From contig JBDRCO010000052.1 in NCBI GenBank assembly GCA_043821645.1, forward strand, positions 32,001-96,000: a stretch of DNA of 64,000 bases. Direction: 5' to 3'. The position numbers and the translations under genes were made by a program. The notes under the pieces were generated by a model that was given only the letters and a program-made list of their open reading frames with translations, had not been told where the DNA came from and ran no database searches. Within the stretch, counting starts at the first letter, position 1; each line of letters begins with the position of its first letter. Below are positions 50,128 through 59,481 of the stretch, one piece after another. This stretch comes from Pseudomonadota bacterium (GTDB taxonomy: Bacteria; Myxococcota; JACRCW01; JAFGSX01).

Positions 50128-52419
50128 CTACGGCGCCTTTACCCAGCGGAAGGTGATGCCGCCGGGGTCCAGGTAGCGCAGCTGGGAGGCGCCTCGCTCG
50201 ACGTCGGGAGCGGATTCCTCTGTGGCCTGGCCGAGAGTCACATTGAAGCCAGTGCTGCCGAGGCCCAGACGCTTGACGATGCGGTGCTGGCCGCGCGCAC
50301 TGAAGCTGGTGTCGCCCCAGCAGGTCTCGGTATCGGCCGAGGCCACCCACCCGGGGTCCCTATCCAGGCTCAGCAGGATGTGCACCAGGTATTCACCCTG
50401 GGGTATGCGCTGCAGGTTGCGATCCAGGGGCAACCACTCCAGAACCTTGAGCCCGGGCAAGGTGGTGGCCTCGGTGACACCGTCGATGAGGTCCAGGTCC
50501 TCGTTGCTGATGCGAACGCGTCCTGTGCCGTCGACCAGATCCCCGCCCTGGCTGCCACTCTGGTCATTGCGGCGGTCCGCGTTGCGGCCCAGGCCCACGC
50601 TCTCGAACACGCCACCTGTGACGAGGGCAGCGAGGTAGTCTGGAGCCCGGTAGTCCAGGTCCCAGAAGGGGTTCTGGTGACCTTGCTTCTGGCCCACGTA
50701 GTGCACCAGCGTGGCCACGTAGTCGATGCCCCTGCGTTCCTTGCTCGCTGCGTCAAAGGAGCAGCTCTCACCCGGCTGCAGCGGCCCCTCGATCCAGGCA
50801 TCCACCGCATACCTGTTGGCGCCGGTGTCGAAGCTGCTGGCCACGGGCTGTGCGGTGCTCAGATCGCGCAGATTGAACGACACGAGCAACTTGAAGCCCG
50901 CCGGCACAGGACCCTGGTAGGTCTGGGTGTAGTCCACCAGCACACGCAGGGGCTCGCTCAGGTTGCCCAGGGCATCGCGACAGCGCAGCTCCAGGTCGTT
51001 GACGCCGGGGATGAGATCCGCGTTGTAGACCCAGCTCGTGTCAGGACCGCGGGGCACCACCACCAGACCGTTGAGCAGCACCGAGGTGCTGGGGTCCCGC
51101 GTGCCCTCGAGCACCACCAGGGCTTCGTTCACGGTTGCCGGCGGGGCTGGGAACAGCGTCGGCGGTGCGGGTTGCACAGCGTCGCGCTGCACCATCAAGG
51201 TCACCGGTGCACTCGAGAAACCGTTGCGCCCGCGTGCCACGATCTCCAGATCGTTGACGCCGAGGTTGAGTGTCCAGCTCGCGTGCCAGGTGGTGCTACC
51301 GTCGATGGCAACGACCTCATTGCCGTTGATCCACACCGAGGATGGCGCGGGTTTGGTGCCGGACAGTGCCAGTTCGGTGGCGCGCGTTCGATGGCTCGAG
51401 GGGTCCACCTCGGCAGGGAGCTCCACTGTCGGGGGGAGTGGAGTGTTTCCATCCTCACCCGGGCCCGTGTCAAAGCTCCACACCCAGTCCGCCGGGGCTG
51501 GCACTGTCTGGTTCCCGGCGCTGTCCGCAAAGCGCCCGGCGTCGAGGGTCGCGGTGTAGCGCGTCCCGGGCTGCAGCGGCACCGCCAGGGACAGGGTGTG
51601 GCTGAGAGCCTGGTAGGTCAGCACGCCGCCAGGGCGCGTGCCGGCCGTATCGCGCACTACGAGAATGTCGGGATCGAGGCTATCGAACGAGAGCGCCAGG
51701 GCGTCATCGAGAGCAACCTGGATCAAAGCGTTGGTCGGCACGTCGACCTCGCCCACGGCGGGATAGCGCGAGACAAGCTGCGCAGGCACGCGATCCAGCT
51801 CCACCTCGAAGTCCACGGGCTCGCTCGACCGCCCGCGGGTGTCGCGCGCCACCAGCGAGAAGTGAAACAGACCATCGACGGCGCCCAGATCGAGCTGCGC
51901 GGTCCAGTCTGTGGATTCCCCTGCCTGCACAAACTCGGAAGAACTCAGCACGGCCCCCGTGCCATCGACGCGGCTCAGCCACAGTGCGGACCCAGTAGGT
52001 CGCGCGCCCTGCAAGTTCTGCAAGGGCTCCCGGGTGGGTGAGAGGACAGGCTGCAGCGTCGGCGCAGCCGGGAAATTAGGTTCGTAAAAAATCAGCCCCG
52101 GTGTGTGCTCGACGCTGGCGAGTCCGCTCTTGCGCTGAGAGGTCAGGTCGAGAGCGTTGTCGCCGGGTTGCAGCGCCACCTCCGCACTCCAGCCCTCCTG
52201 GGCGTCGTGGGCAACCAGGACCTCGCCGTGATTGAGCACGGCCGTGCCCGCGGGCTTGGTACCCTCGACGCGCTGCCGGGCGCGGCGCGTGGGAGACTCC
52301 ACCGGGAACAGACCAGGGGGGTCGGGCGGGACCTCGACGTCGCCCAGGCAGGCCGAGCCCAGGCCAAGCACCAGTGGCAGAGCCAGGATGCGGTAACGAG
52401 CAGAGAAAAAGACTGTCAT
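50128..52419 (-). CDS. Lipoprotein with tandem Ig-like repeats and C-terminal DUF2271-like domain
   Basis: Lipobox GSAC; four GT(K/R)P...NG...W...L..G.N.L repeats plus a Big_5-like unit (YP...DVPTNA.I...LQPGTRYT...WSFDT). C-terminal AWIE...VATL...IDGVTEAT...W..LD...GEY. Confidence 0.8.
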   Translation of the reverse strand: MTVFFSARYRILALPLVLGLGSACLGDVEVPPDPPGLFPVESPTRRARQRVEGTKPAGTAVLNHGEVLVAHDAQEGWSAEVALQPGDNALDLTSQRKSGLASVEHTPGLIFYEPNFPAAPTLQPVLSPTREPLQNLQGARPTGSALWLSRVDGTGAVLSSSEFVQAGESTDWTAQLDLGAVDGLFHFSLVARDTRGRSSEPVDFEVELDRVPAQLVSRYPAVGEVDVPTNALIQVALDDALALSFDSLDPDILVVRDTAGTRPGGVLTYQALSHTLSLAVPLQPGTRYTATLDAGRFADSAGNQTVPAPADWVWSFDTGPGEDGNTPLPPTVELPAEVDPSSHRTRATELALSGTKPAPSSVWINGNEVVAIDGSTTWHASWTLNLGVNDLEIVARGRNGFSSAPVTLMVQRDAVQPAPPTLFPAPPATVNEALVVLEGTRDPSTSVLLNGLVVVPRGPDTSWVYNADLIPGVNDLELRCRDALGNLSEPLRVLVDYTQTYQGPVPAGFKLLVSFNLRDLSTAQPVASSFDTGANRYAVDAWIEGPLQPGESCSFDAASKERRGIDYVATLVHYVGQKQGHQNPFWDLDYRAPDYLAALVTGGVFESVGLGRNADRRNDQSGSQGGDLVDGTGRVRISNEDLDLIDGVTEATTLPGLKVLEWLPLDRNLQRIPQGEYLVHILLSLDRDPGWVASADTETCWGDTSFSARGQHRIVKRLGLGSTGFNVTLGQATEESAPDVERGASQLRYLDPGGITFRWVKAP

Positions 52420-52544
52420 GCAGACCTCGGCATGCGGTTCACCATCCTGGTTAGCAAGAACCGGAGGTGCTGTCAGCGCCCGTGGAAGCCACGGCCTTGA
52501 GCGAGGGCCTCGGCTACGTTAGGGTCCTGACGACGAGGTGGGGA

Positions 52545-53462
52545 GTGACCATCCATCGCCAGCGCTGTGTTGTCGTCGGAGCAGGGCCAGCGGGCCTGTC
52601 CGCGGCCCTGTGGATGGACAAACTTGGTGTGCCCTTCGTGCTCCTCGAGGCGGGTGCGCAGCTCGGCGGGGAGCTTGCGCGTATCCACCTCCCGATCCGC
52701 GATCTTCTCGGCGTGCAGGTTGGTGATGGTCGCGATTTCCTGCGCCGGGTGCAGGAACAGCTCGCAGGAAAGCGCTGGGACCTCCGCTTTGGAACGGCGG
52801 CGCGCCGCGTCGATATCCGGAACCATCGACTGGAGACCAGTACGGGATGCTTCGAGGCCGAGGCCATCCTGCTGACCATGGGTCTCCGCCGCCGCCGTCT
52901 GTCGATTCCCGGCGCAGAGGCCTTTCTGGGTCGCGGCCTTTCCTATTCCGCGACCACGGATCTCGAGGCCTTGACGGGCCAGCCTACCGTTGTGCTCGGT
53001 GGTGGCGACGGCGCCTTCGAGAATGCACTGATCCTCGCAGATCACTGTCCGCGGGTCTGGATCGCGCACCGGGGTCCGCAGGCCACCGCCAGGCTCGAGT
53101 TCGCCCGGCGTGCCAGCGCGCACCCACACATCACCATTGTGCCCGACGCCGAGCTGTCACGGCTGCTGCCCGGGCCTGGCTCGCTGTCCGGCGTTGAGCT
53201 GGCCACGCCGAGTGGTGTGACGGTCATCGACGCCAGCTGGGTGGTGGTCAAGATTGGCTTCGATCCCCGCACCGAGGCCCTCGTTGACGACGATCTGCAG
53301 CGCGATGCACACGGATATATCGTCGTGGATCGCAGGTTGCGCACGTCGGCCGACGGCGTCTTCGCCGCCGGGGACCTGTGCAACCCCCACGCGCCCAGCC
53401 TGGCCGCAGCCATCGGTGATGGTGCGGTGGCAGCAGCGTCCATTCATCGCTATCTGAGCTAG
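52545..53462 (+). CDS. Thioredoxin-reductase-fold NAD(P)/FAD oxidoreductase lacking CxxC
   Basis: VVGAGPAG, GRGLSYSATTD, GGGDGAFE and GVFAAGD. Confidence 0.88.
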   Translation: MTIHRQRCVVVGAGPAGLSAALWMDKLGVPFVLLEAGAQLGGELARIHLPIRDLLGVQVGDGRDFLRRVQEQLAGKRWDLRFGTAARRVDIRNHRLETSTGCFEAEAILLTMGLRRRRLSIPGAEAFLGRGLSYSATTDLEALTGQPTVVLGGGDGAFENALILADHCPRVWIAHRGPQATARLEFARRASAHPHITIVPDAELSRLLPGPGSLSGVELATPSGVTVIDASWVVVKIGFDPRTEALVDDDLQRDAHGYIVVDRRLRTSADGVFAAGDLCNPHAPSLAAAIGDGAVAAASIHRYLS

Positions 53463-53534
53463 TCAGTTTCCCGCACCGATCGTAGAAGACGGAGCGGCCA
53501 AGCGCAGGAACGTCGAGGCGGATTCGGAGGCGGC

Positions 53535-54551
53535 ATGATCTGGGATGTGGTCGTGATCGGCGCCGGGGTCAGTGGTTTGCAGTGCGCCCGTGATCTCCAG
53601 ACCGGAGGCCGTCGTGTCCGGGTGCTGGAGCGAGCGCGTGGGGTCGGAGGCCGCTGTGCCACTCGGCGCTTCGACGGTCAGTCTGTCGACTTCGGGCCGA
53701 TGTTCCTGCACGGGCATGTCGAGGCCTTCCTCGAAGCTGTCGACCGGGTCGATGGCGCCACCGTCGATGGCTGGCCCCGGCGCGTCACCGGCCAGGGACC
53801 GGTCTGCCAGCCCGATGCCTTCGCGCCCTTCGAGCGACGTGTGGCACTTGTCGACGGGCTGAGCCTGTTTCCCAAGACCCTGGCCCGCGACCTTGAGGTG
53901 GTACTCCAGACGCAGGTCCTGCGCATCGCTGGCAGCGACGAGGGCTTTGTTGTCCACGTCGAGGGTGGCGAGCCGACGCGAACGCGCGATCTGGTCCTGG
54001 CGCTCCCCATCGAGTCCTGCCTGTCCCTGCTGGCGGATCTCCCTGACGACCAGGCCTTGCGCAGTGCGCGCTCGTTGCTTGGCATGTTCGCCAGCGTGCC
54101 CTCGCTGACCGTGGTCGCGGGCTATCCTCTCGACACACCGCAGCCGGGCTGGGATCTCCGCTACCCCGAGGACTCGGATCTGATCCAGCTCATCGGCCAG
54201 GATTCGACCAAGCGCATCGATCCCCGGTGGCTGGTGATGGTGTACCAGGCCCGGCCAGCGTGGTCGCGCCAGCAGCTCGCATCGGATTCCGGGGTCTGGC
54301 AGCAGTCCATGCTCGACGAAGCCTCGCGCCTACTCGGGCCGTGGGCTGCCACGCCCAGCTGGACCCATCCCCATCGCTGGCGCCATGCTCGCGTCGACCG
54401 CGGCAATGAACTCAGCCAGCCCCTGCTATTGCAGGGACAGGGGAAGGGGCGACTCGGCCTGTGTGGAGACATCTACGCGCCTGGTGGCGGGGTTCAGGCC
54501 TCGTGGCTCTCGGGACAACGCCTGGCGCAGCGCCTGATGAAAGAGGAGTGA
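53535..54551 (+). CDS. Renalase-like FAD-dependent oxidoreductase
   Basis: IGAGVSG, ERARGVGGRCATRR, DFG, HRWRHA, CGD and SWLSG. Confidence 0.87.
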   Translation: MIWDVVVIGAGVSGLQCARDLQTGGRRVRVLERARGVGGRCATRRFDGQSVDFGPMFLHGHVEAFLEAVDRVDGATVDGWPRRVTGQGPVCQPDAFAPFERRVALVDGLSLFPKTLARDLEVVLQTQVLRIAGSDEGFVVHVEGGEPTRTRDLVLALPIESCLSLLADLPDDQALRSARSLLGMFASVPSLTVVAGYPLDTPQPGWDLRYPEDSDLIQLIGQDSTKRIDPRWLVMVYQARPAWSRQQLASDSGVWQQSMLDEASRLLGPWAATPSWTHPHRWRHARVDRGNELSQPLLLQGQGKGRLGLCGDIYAPGGGVQASWLSGQRLAQRLMKEE

Positions 54552-54553
54552 AA

Positions 54554-55288
54554 ATGGACGCAGCGAGCGGAACGCTGGCCGATCTGGTCGAGCGCGACAG
54601 GGAACACGAGTGCGCAGGTGTGGGGCCGTCGCAGGTCTGCGTCCGCATCGTGGCCGTCGCACAGTTGCCGAGCCGTTTCGGAGATTTTCAGATCGTCGCG
54701 TTCTGGAACAACCGCGATCAGAAGGACCACATCGCCATCGTGCACGGTGACGTGGTGGGCGCCACCGATGTGCCGACTCGGCTGCACTCCGAGTGCCTCA
54801 CCGGTGATGTGATGGGATCCCTGCGCTGTGATTGCCGTGACCAGCTCGAGGCCGCGCTGCGCAAGATCGGGAGTCTCAAGCAGGGTGTGGTGCTCTACTT
54901 GCGTCAGGAGGGTCGAGGAATAGGTCTGGCCAACAAGATTCGAGCTTATGCCCTCCAGGACCAGGGGCTGGACACCGTCGAGGCCAACCTGGCCCTTGGA
55001 TTCCGTGACGACGAGAGGGATTACGCCGTCGCCGCGCACATGCTGCACAGTCTGGGGATTGGCTCGGTGAAGTTGATGACCAACAATCCCAACAAGGTGG
55101 CGCAGCTCGAGGGCTATGGCGTCAAGGTCAGCAGCCGCCTGCCTCACCTGCTGCCCCCCAATCCTCACAATCGCTTCTATCTCGAGACCAAGGCCAAGCG
55201 CTCCGGCCACTACATCGATTTTTCGGGGAAGCCCAGGTTGCAGGAGCAAAGCGATCCCGTGGTGGTCGAGGGCATGGAAGGTCACTGA
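54554..55288 (+). CDS. ribA: GTP cyclohydrolase II
   Basis: RLHSECLTGD, SLRCDC, YLRQEGRGIGL and LMTNNPNK. Confidence 0.96.
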   Translation: MDAASGTLADLVERDREHECAGVGPSQVCVRIVAVAQLPSRFGDFQIVAFWNNRDQKDHIAIVHGDVVGATDVPTRLHSECLTGDVMGSLRCDCRDQLEAALRKIGSLKQGVVLYLRQEGRGIGLANKIRAYALQDQGLDTVEANLALGFRDDERDYAVAAHMLHSLGIGSVKLMTNNPNKVAQLEGYGVKVSSRLPHLLPPNPHNRFYLETKAKRSGHYIDFSGKPRLQEQSDPVVVEGMEGH

Positions 55289-55836
55289 TCGCCTACCCGT
55301 TTTTCTGCGCAGATCGCAGCGAAGACTCCGCCCTCGCGAAGATCTTCTCGGGCGCAGTGCGGCGCTCCTGATTGACCTCCCGCGATTTCCGATAGTTGCC
55401 CTGACACTGCAAGGGCCGCGCCGCAAAAATGAACTGTCGACGTCAGACCCTCTATCTTTTCGAGAGAGTGATCGCTTATACTGACGACGAGCAGATGGGG
55501 TGACGGAGGTGATTGAAGGCTCGTTTCAGTAAGGCATAGAGGGGTGCTCTGCTACTCGGTGGGGAGTGTCGCTTCGCAGGCTGCCTGCGCTTGTGACCAC
55601 GAAGCCGAGACAGGGCCGAAAGCTTGGGCCAACTCCAAACGGAACGGCTTTCGATTGCCTCTGCCACCCTATCTGCATGAAAAGGCGCGTTCATCGCGTC
55701 TTTTCGCTTTTCTGGGATCAAGATTCGGTGCGGAGCATGCTTTCTTCGAGCAGACTTGCCCTGACCAGCCAATCAGCATAGGTGTCTCGGAGCAGGAAGG
55801 GCACATCGTGAGCACTCGACCCGATCAGGAGGCTCC

Positions 55837-56190
55837 ATGACAGGGCAACAGCGCCCGCCCCGATACAGTGTGGAGCGATTCAACATCGTTTACGACACTG
55901 GCGAGGGGTTTTGGTGCGGTCCAGTGATCGATGTGTCCGAGGGTGGTCTTTTTGTCGAGACCACACACGAGCTGCCAGTTGGCACTGTGGTGACCATCGT
56001 ACCCGACACCCCGGATCAGGGCGCATTGCCCTTCGAGATCCGCGCCGAGGTGGTGCGTGTGCACCAGCTGGATCTGGACGCTCACGCAGATCGCACACCG
56101 GGTCTCGCTTTTCGGTGGCAGGGGCTGAACGCCGAGCAGATTGGCCAGTTCCGGGCCTTCATCACCAGCCACGGAACCGACAAGCGCTGA
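55837..56190 (+). CDS. PilZ-domain protein
   Basis: AGGAGG RBS; QRPPR (RxxR-like) and DVSEGG (DxSxGG) motifs. Confidence 0.85.
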   Translation: MTGQQRPPRYSVERFNIVYDTGEGFWCGPVIDVSEGGLFVETTHELPVGTVVTIVPDTPDQGALPFEIRAEVVRVHQLDLDAHADRTPGLAFRWQGLNAEQIGQFRAFITSHGTDKR

Positions 56191-56236
56191 TCGGTCGACG
56201 CCGTCGCTTCCCTCGCTTGGACCTTTTTTTTCTCGG

Positions 56237-56962
56237 TCAGGTTCGCCAACCCGAAAGCGCCCGAATCGCTCGGTCGCGCTGCGGTCCAGAGCCTTGCCCT
56301 GTGGCCCGCGCACTCAGGTAGGGGGCGAGTCCGTGCACCAGGGCCTCGAAGGTTGGCACCGGGCGCCGCGCCGCGCGCCGGCAGTCGCCGAGTTCCGCAC
56401 GCAGGGTGGGCTCGGCAGCTGCTCCACGCCGGATTCTATCCATCACGAAGGCCAGGCGAGCCGGTGGGATCTCTGCCAGGTGGCGGCGCCCGAACCAGAC
56501 CGCGAGCACGATCATGGGCAGGGCTGCCAGGTCGGTCGGGTCCTGGACGACGCGTGCAGACGACAGGAGACCGGTGACGTCCAGACGTTCGAGGAGCTGC
56601 AGGTAGAACCGGGCTGCGCCGGCGCTGAGCTTGATCGAGGTGAACAGAGCGGCAGTGAAGACACCCGCAGCGATCAGCTTGGCCATGCGTAGCGAGGCAT
56701 CGAGGCGATGGCGGCGCAGGATGACGTTGATGCCGTAGATCAACACGTCGCTGCAGGCCGTGAGCAGCAAGGGAAAGAAAAACAAGCCAGCGAAGTCCGA
56801 GATCTTCCCCGTGATCACCCCGGGCAGCCATCCGGATCCCTTGAACAGGTGATCGTTGACCGCAAGCACGAGCAGGGCTCCCAGCGGCAGGGGATGAACG
56901 AACTCGGTCGCCGGAAGTTCCCCACCCTCGGGCGGATCCGGATGGATCAGGCGCCAGCTCAC
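56237..56962 (-). CDS. Conserved hypothetical membrane protein
   Basis: LAVNDHLFKG...TGKISDFAGL and DPTDLAAL; GTGA overlap with the upstream hydrolase. Confidence 0.75.
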   Translation of the reverse strand: MSWRLIHPDPPEGGELPATEFVHPLPLGALLVLAVNDHLFKGSGWLPGVITGKISDFAGLFFFPLLLTACSDVLIYGINVILRRHRLDASLRMAKLIAAGVFTAALFTSIKLSAGAARFYLQLLERLDVTGLLSSARVVQDPTDLAALPMIVLAVWFGRRHLAEIPPARLAFVMDRIRRGAAAEPTLRAELGDCRRAARRPVPTFEALVHGLAPYLSARATGQGSGPQRDRAIRALSGWRT

Positions 56963-57879
56963 GGCGCGCTGGCAGCGCTGAACACGCGATCGTCGAGGAA
57001 GCGCGCCACGTGCCCGTTGATCTCGTCGGCAAATTCGATGGGTGCGTAGTGCGAGGCGGTCTCAAAGGTGAACACCTCGCAGTCCGGGATGTCGCTGGCC
57101 ATGGCCCGGGTTGCGAAACCTGGGGTGAACACGTCGCGATCGCTGGCCGTGACCATGCACGGGCACTGTATCGTCGGCAGTACATCAGCGGCGTCATGTG
57201 TGCCGAGGACCTCGAGCTGGACAAAGTACAGCTGCTGGTCCAGCTCGCCGAAGGCTTGGAGCACGCGTCCAGCTGCCTCGCGGTCGATGTTGCGGTGCAC
57301 GATGCCGAGGGTGGTGGCGAGGTCGAGGGCGTGCGACCAGCCCGTGGCGGTCTCGACCACCTTCTGGGCGACCGGATGAATGACGCGGAGGACTCGCAAC
57401 AAGGGCGTCACCCACTGCCTCGCACCTGGAAGCCCCCCGAAGACGGTGTCGTAGATCCGACCCGAGATCCCATTGAGCAAGGCCATGCCGGTCACCCGCG
57501 CGCCGATGCGCCGGTACAGCTCCAGGGCAACCTGCACGCCCATGCTCCAGGCGATGATCGGAAAGCGCCCGGTGTAGCCCTCGAGGGCAAGCAACTCCAG
57601 CCCATCGGCCGCATGCTGCTCGACCTGGAGCCGCTCCGCGCTCAGACTCGGTGGCCACGTGCCCCGGGGCGGGGCTGAGGTGAAGAGGCCGCGATAGTCC
57701 CACACCAGGAAGCGGAAGCGATCGCCCAGGTGGTTGACCAGAGGCTGGTAGGCGTGGTGGTTCCCGCCGAGGCCGTTGCACAGCAAGATCTTGGGCGCGT
57801 CGTCGGGACCCGCGACCTGGTAGCCGATGGTTGCGCCGTCGCGCGTGGTGAAGAACCGTTGCTCGAAGGCGATACCCAT
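56959..57879 (-). CDS. Alpha/beta fold hydrolase
   Basis: NGLGG, WDYRG, AWSMG nucleophile, D..T and SHYAPIE. Confidence 0.9.
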   Translation of the reverse strand: MGIAFEQRFFTTRDGATIGYQVAGPDDAPKILLCNGLGGNHHAYQPLVNHLGDRFRFLVWDYRGLFTSAPPRGTWPPSLSAERLQVEQHAADGLELLALEGYTGRFPIIAWSMGVQVALELYRRIGARVTGMALLNGISGRIYDTVFGGLPGARQWVTPLLRVLRVIHPVAQKVVETATGWSHALDLATTLGIVHRNIDREAAGRVLQAFGELDQQLYFVQLEVLGTHDAADVLPTIQCPCMVTASDRDVFTPGFATRAMASDIPDCEVFTFETASHYAPIEFADEINGHVARFLDDRVFSAASAP

Positions 57880-57907
57880 GCTGGCTCCGTGGGGTCTGTG
57901 ATCCGTC

Positions 57908-59422
57908 TCAGTTCTGCTTGGCTGCGAGCAGATCGGCATAGGTCAAGATGGGCTGTCGGGCGGCCCGGGTCTCGTCGAGACGGGCCATGAAGGTGCGGTG
58001 CGGTGCCTGCTGCACGGTCTCCGGATCGCTCTCGACTTCGTCGGCGATGGCGAGGAAGGCCTGGCACAGCGCCTCGATGGACTCCGGACTCTCGGTCTCG
58101 GTGGGCTCGATCATCAACGCACCCTTGACGATGAGCGGGAAGGACACCGTGGGCGGATGGAATCCGTGATCGATGAGCCGCTTGGCGATGGCCATGTTAT
58201 CGACGCCGCTGCCCGCCTTCTGGTTGCGATCCGAGAACACCACCTCGTGCAGGGTCGGAGAGCTGTAGGGGAGGTGGTAGCGCTCCTGCAGGCGCGTGCG
58301 GATGTAGTTGGCGTTCAGCACGGCCAGCTCGGTGGCGCGGGACAGGCCCGGCGCACCCAGCTCGCGGAGGTAGGTGTACGCGCGCACCAGCACGCCGAAG
58401 TTCCCTGTGAACGACCGAACGCGACCTATGCTCTGCGGCCGGTCGAGATCGAGTGCGTAGCCACCACTACGCTGCACGACGAGCGGCGCAGGCAAGAAGG
58501 GCTCGAGCCCGCGCACTACAGCCACCGGTCCGGCCCCAGGACCTCCTCCTCCATGGGGGGTGGAGAAGGTCTTGTGCAGGTTGAGGTGCATGACGTCGAC
58601 GCCGAGCCGCGCTGGCTGCACCTTGCCCAGGAGGGCGTTCATGTTGGCGCCGTCGCAATACAGGTAGCTGCCGCGGGCGTGCACCAGATCTGCGATGTCG
58701 ACCAATCGCGGTTCGTACACGCCCAGGGTGTTGGGGTTGGTCAGCATGACCGCGGCCACGCTGGCGTCGATGGCCCGGGCCATGGCCTCGACGTCACAGG
58801 TGCCGTCCGCACCACTGGGCACGGACACCACCTTGTACCCATTGAGCGCCGCCGTGGCCGGATTGGTGCCGTGGGAGCTGTCGGTGACGACGATGGTGCT
58901 GCGCTGCTCGCCGCGAGCGTTCAAGGCGGCGCGGACCATCATGATACCTGTGAGTTCGCCGTGGGCACCCGCCGCGGGCTGCAAGGTGATGGCCTCGAAA
59001 CCGGTGATGGCCTTGAGGCCCTCGGCCAGGCGGTACATCAACTCGAGCGCGCCCTGGGCCAGGGTCTCCGGAGTGTAGGGATGCAGCCCCGCGAACCCGG
59101 GCAGGCGGGCCGCCCACTCGTTGATCTTGGGGTTGTACTTCATGGTGCACGAGCCCAGCGGATAGCAGGCCAGGTCGACGGCATGGTTCCACGTCGACAG
59201 GCGTGTGTAGTGTCGTGCCACCTCGACCTCGCTGACTTCGGGCAGGGCCGGGGGGGCCGTCCGTCGCAGGGCGTCTGGCCATAGCGACGCAGGATCCACG
59301 TCGTCAACGTCGAGAGGCTCCAGATCGTAGCCTCGGCGCCCGGGTGTCGAGCGCTCGCACAGCAGGGGCTCGGTCAGAACGCGGCCACTGCGACCTGGAC
59401 TCTTGAGGGGACTGCTCGGCAT
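57908..59422 (-). CDS. gcvPB: Glycine dehydrogenase (decarboxylating) subunit 2
   Basis: PLGSCTMKYNP, QPAAGAHGE, HGTNPA, HLNLHKTFSTPHGGGGPG and EPTETE; start at 59422 after AAGAGG. Confidence 0.96.
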   Translation of the reverse strand: MPSSPLKSPGRSGRVLTEPLLCERSTPGRRGYDLEPLDVDDVDPASLWPDALRRTAPPALPEVSEVEVARHYTRLSTWNHAVDLACYPLGSCTMKYNPKINEWAARLPGFAGLHPYTPETLAQGALELMYRLAEGLKAITGFEAITLQPAAGAHGELTGIMMVRAALNARGEQRSTIVVTDSSHGTNPATAALNGYKVVSVPSGADGTCDVEAMARAIDASVAAVMLTNPNTLGVYEPRLVDIADLVHARGSYLYCDGANMNALLGKVQPARLGVDVMHLNLHKTFSTPHGGGGPGAGPVAVVRGLEPFLPAPLVVQRSGGYALDLDRPQSIGRVRSFTGNFGVLVRAYTYLRELGAPGLSRATELAVLNANYIRTRLQERYHLPYSSPTLHEVVFSDRNQKAGSGVDNMAIAKRLIDHGFHPPTVSFPLIVKGALMIEPTETESPESIEALCQAFLAIADEVESDPETVQQAPHRTFMARLDETRAARQPILTYADLLAAKQN

Positions 59423-59481
59423 GGGGTTTCCTCTTATCGGGGCGCCGTTGCCACTGCGGAGTGTCGAGCTGCGCTCGAGGC

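Noticed and set aside
55600-55650. c-di-GMP-I riboswitch before the PilZ gene
   Set aside because: Only a GAAA-containing hairpin is present; the GGCAAAC and GCAAAGC elements are missing.
55476-55840. 98-aa ORFs on both strands of the intergenic gap
   Set aside because: Codon usage is atypical and there are no recognisable motifs; not supportable.
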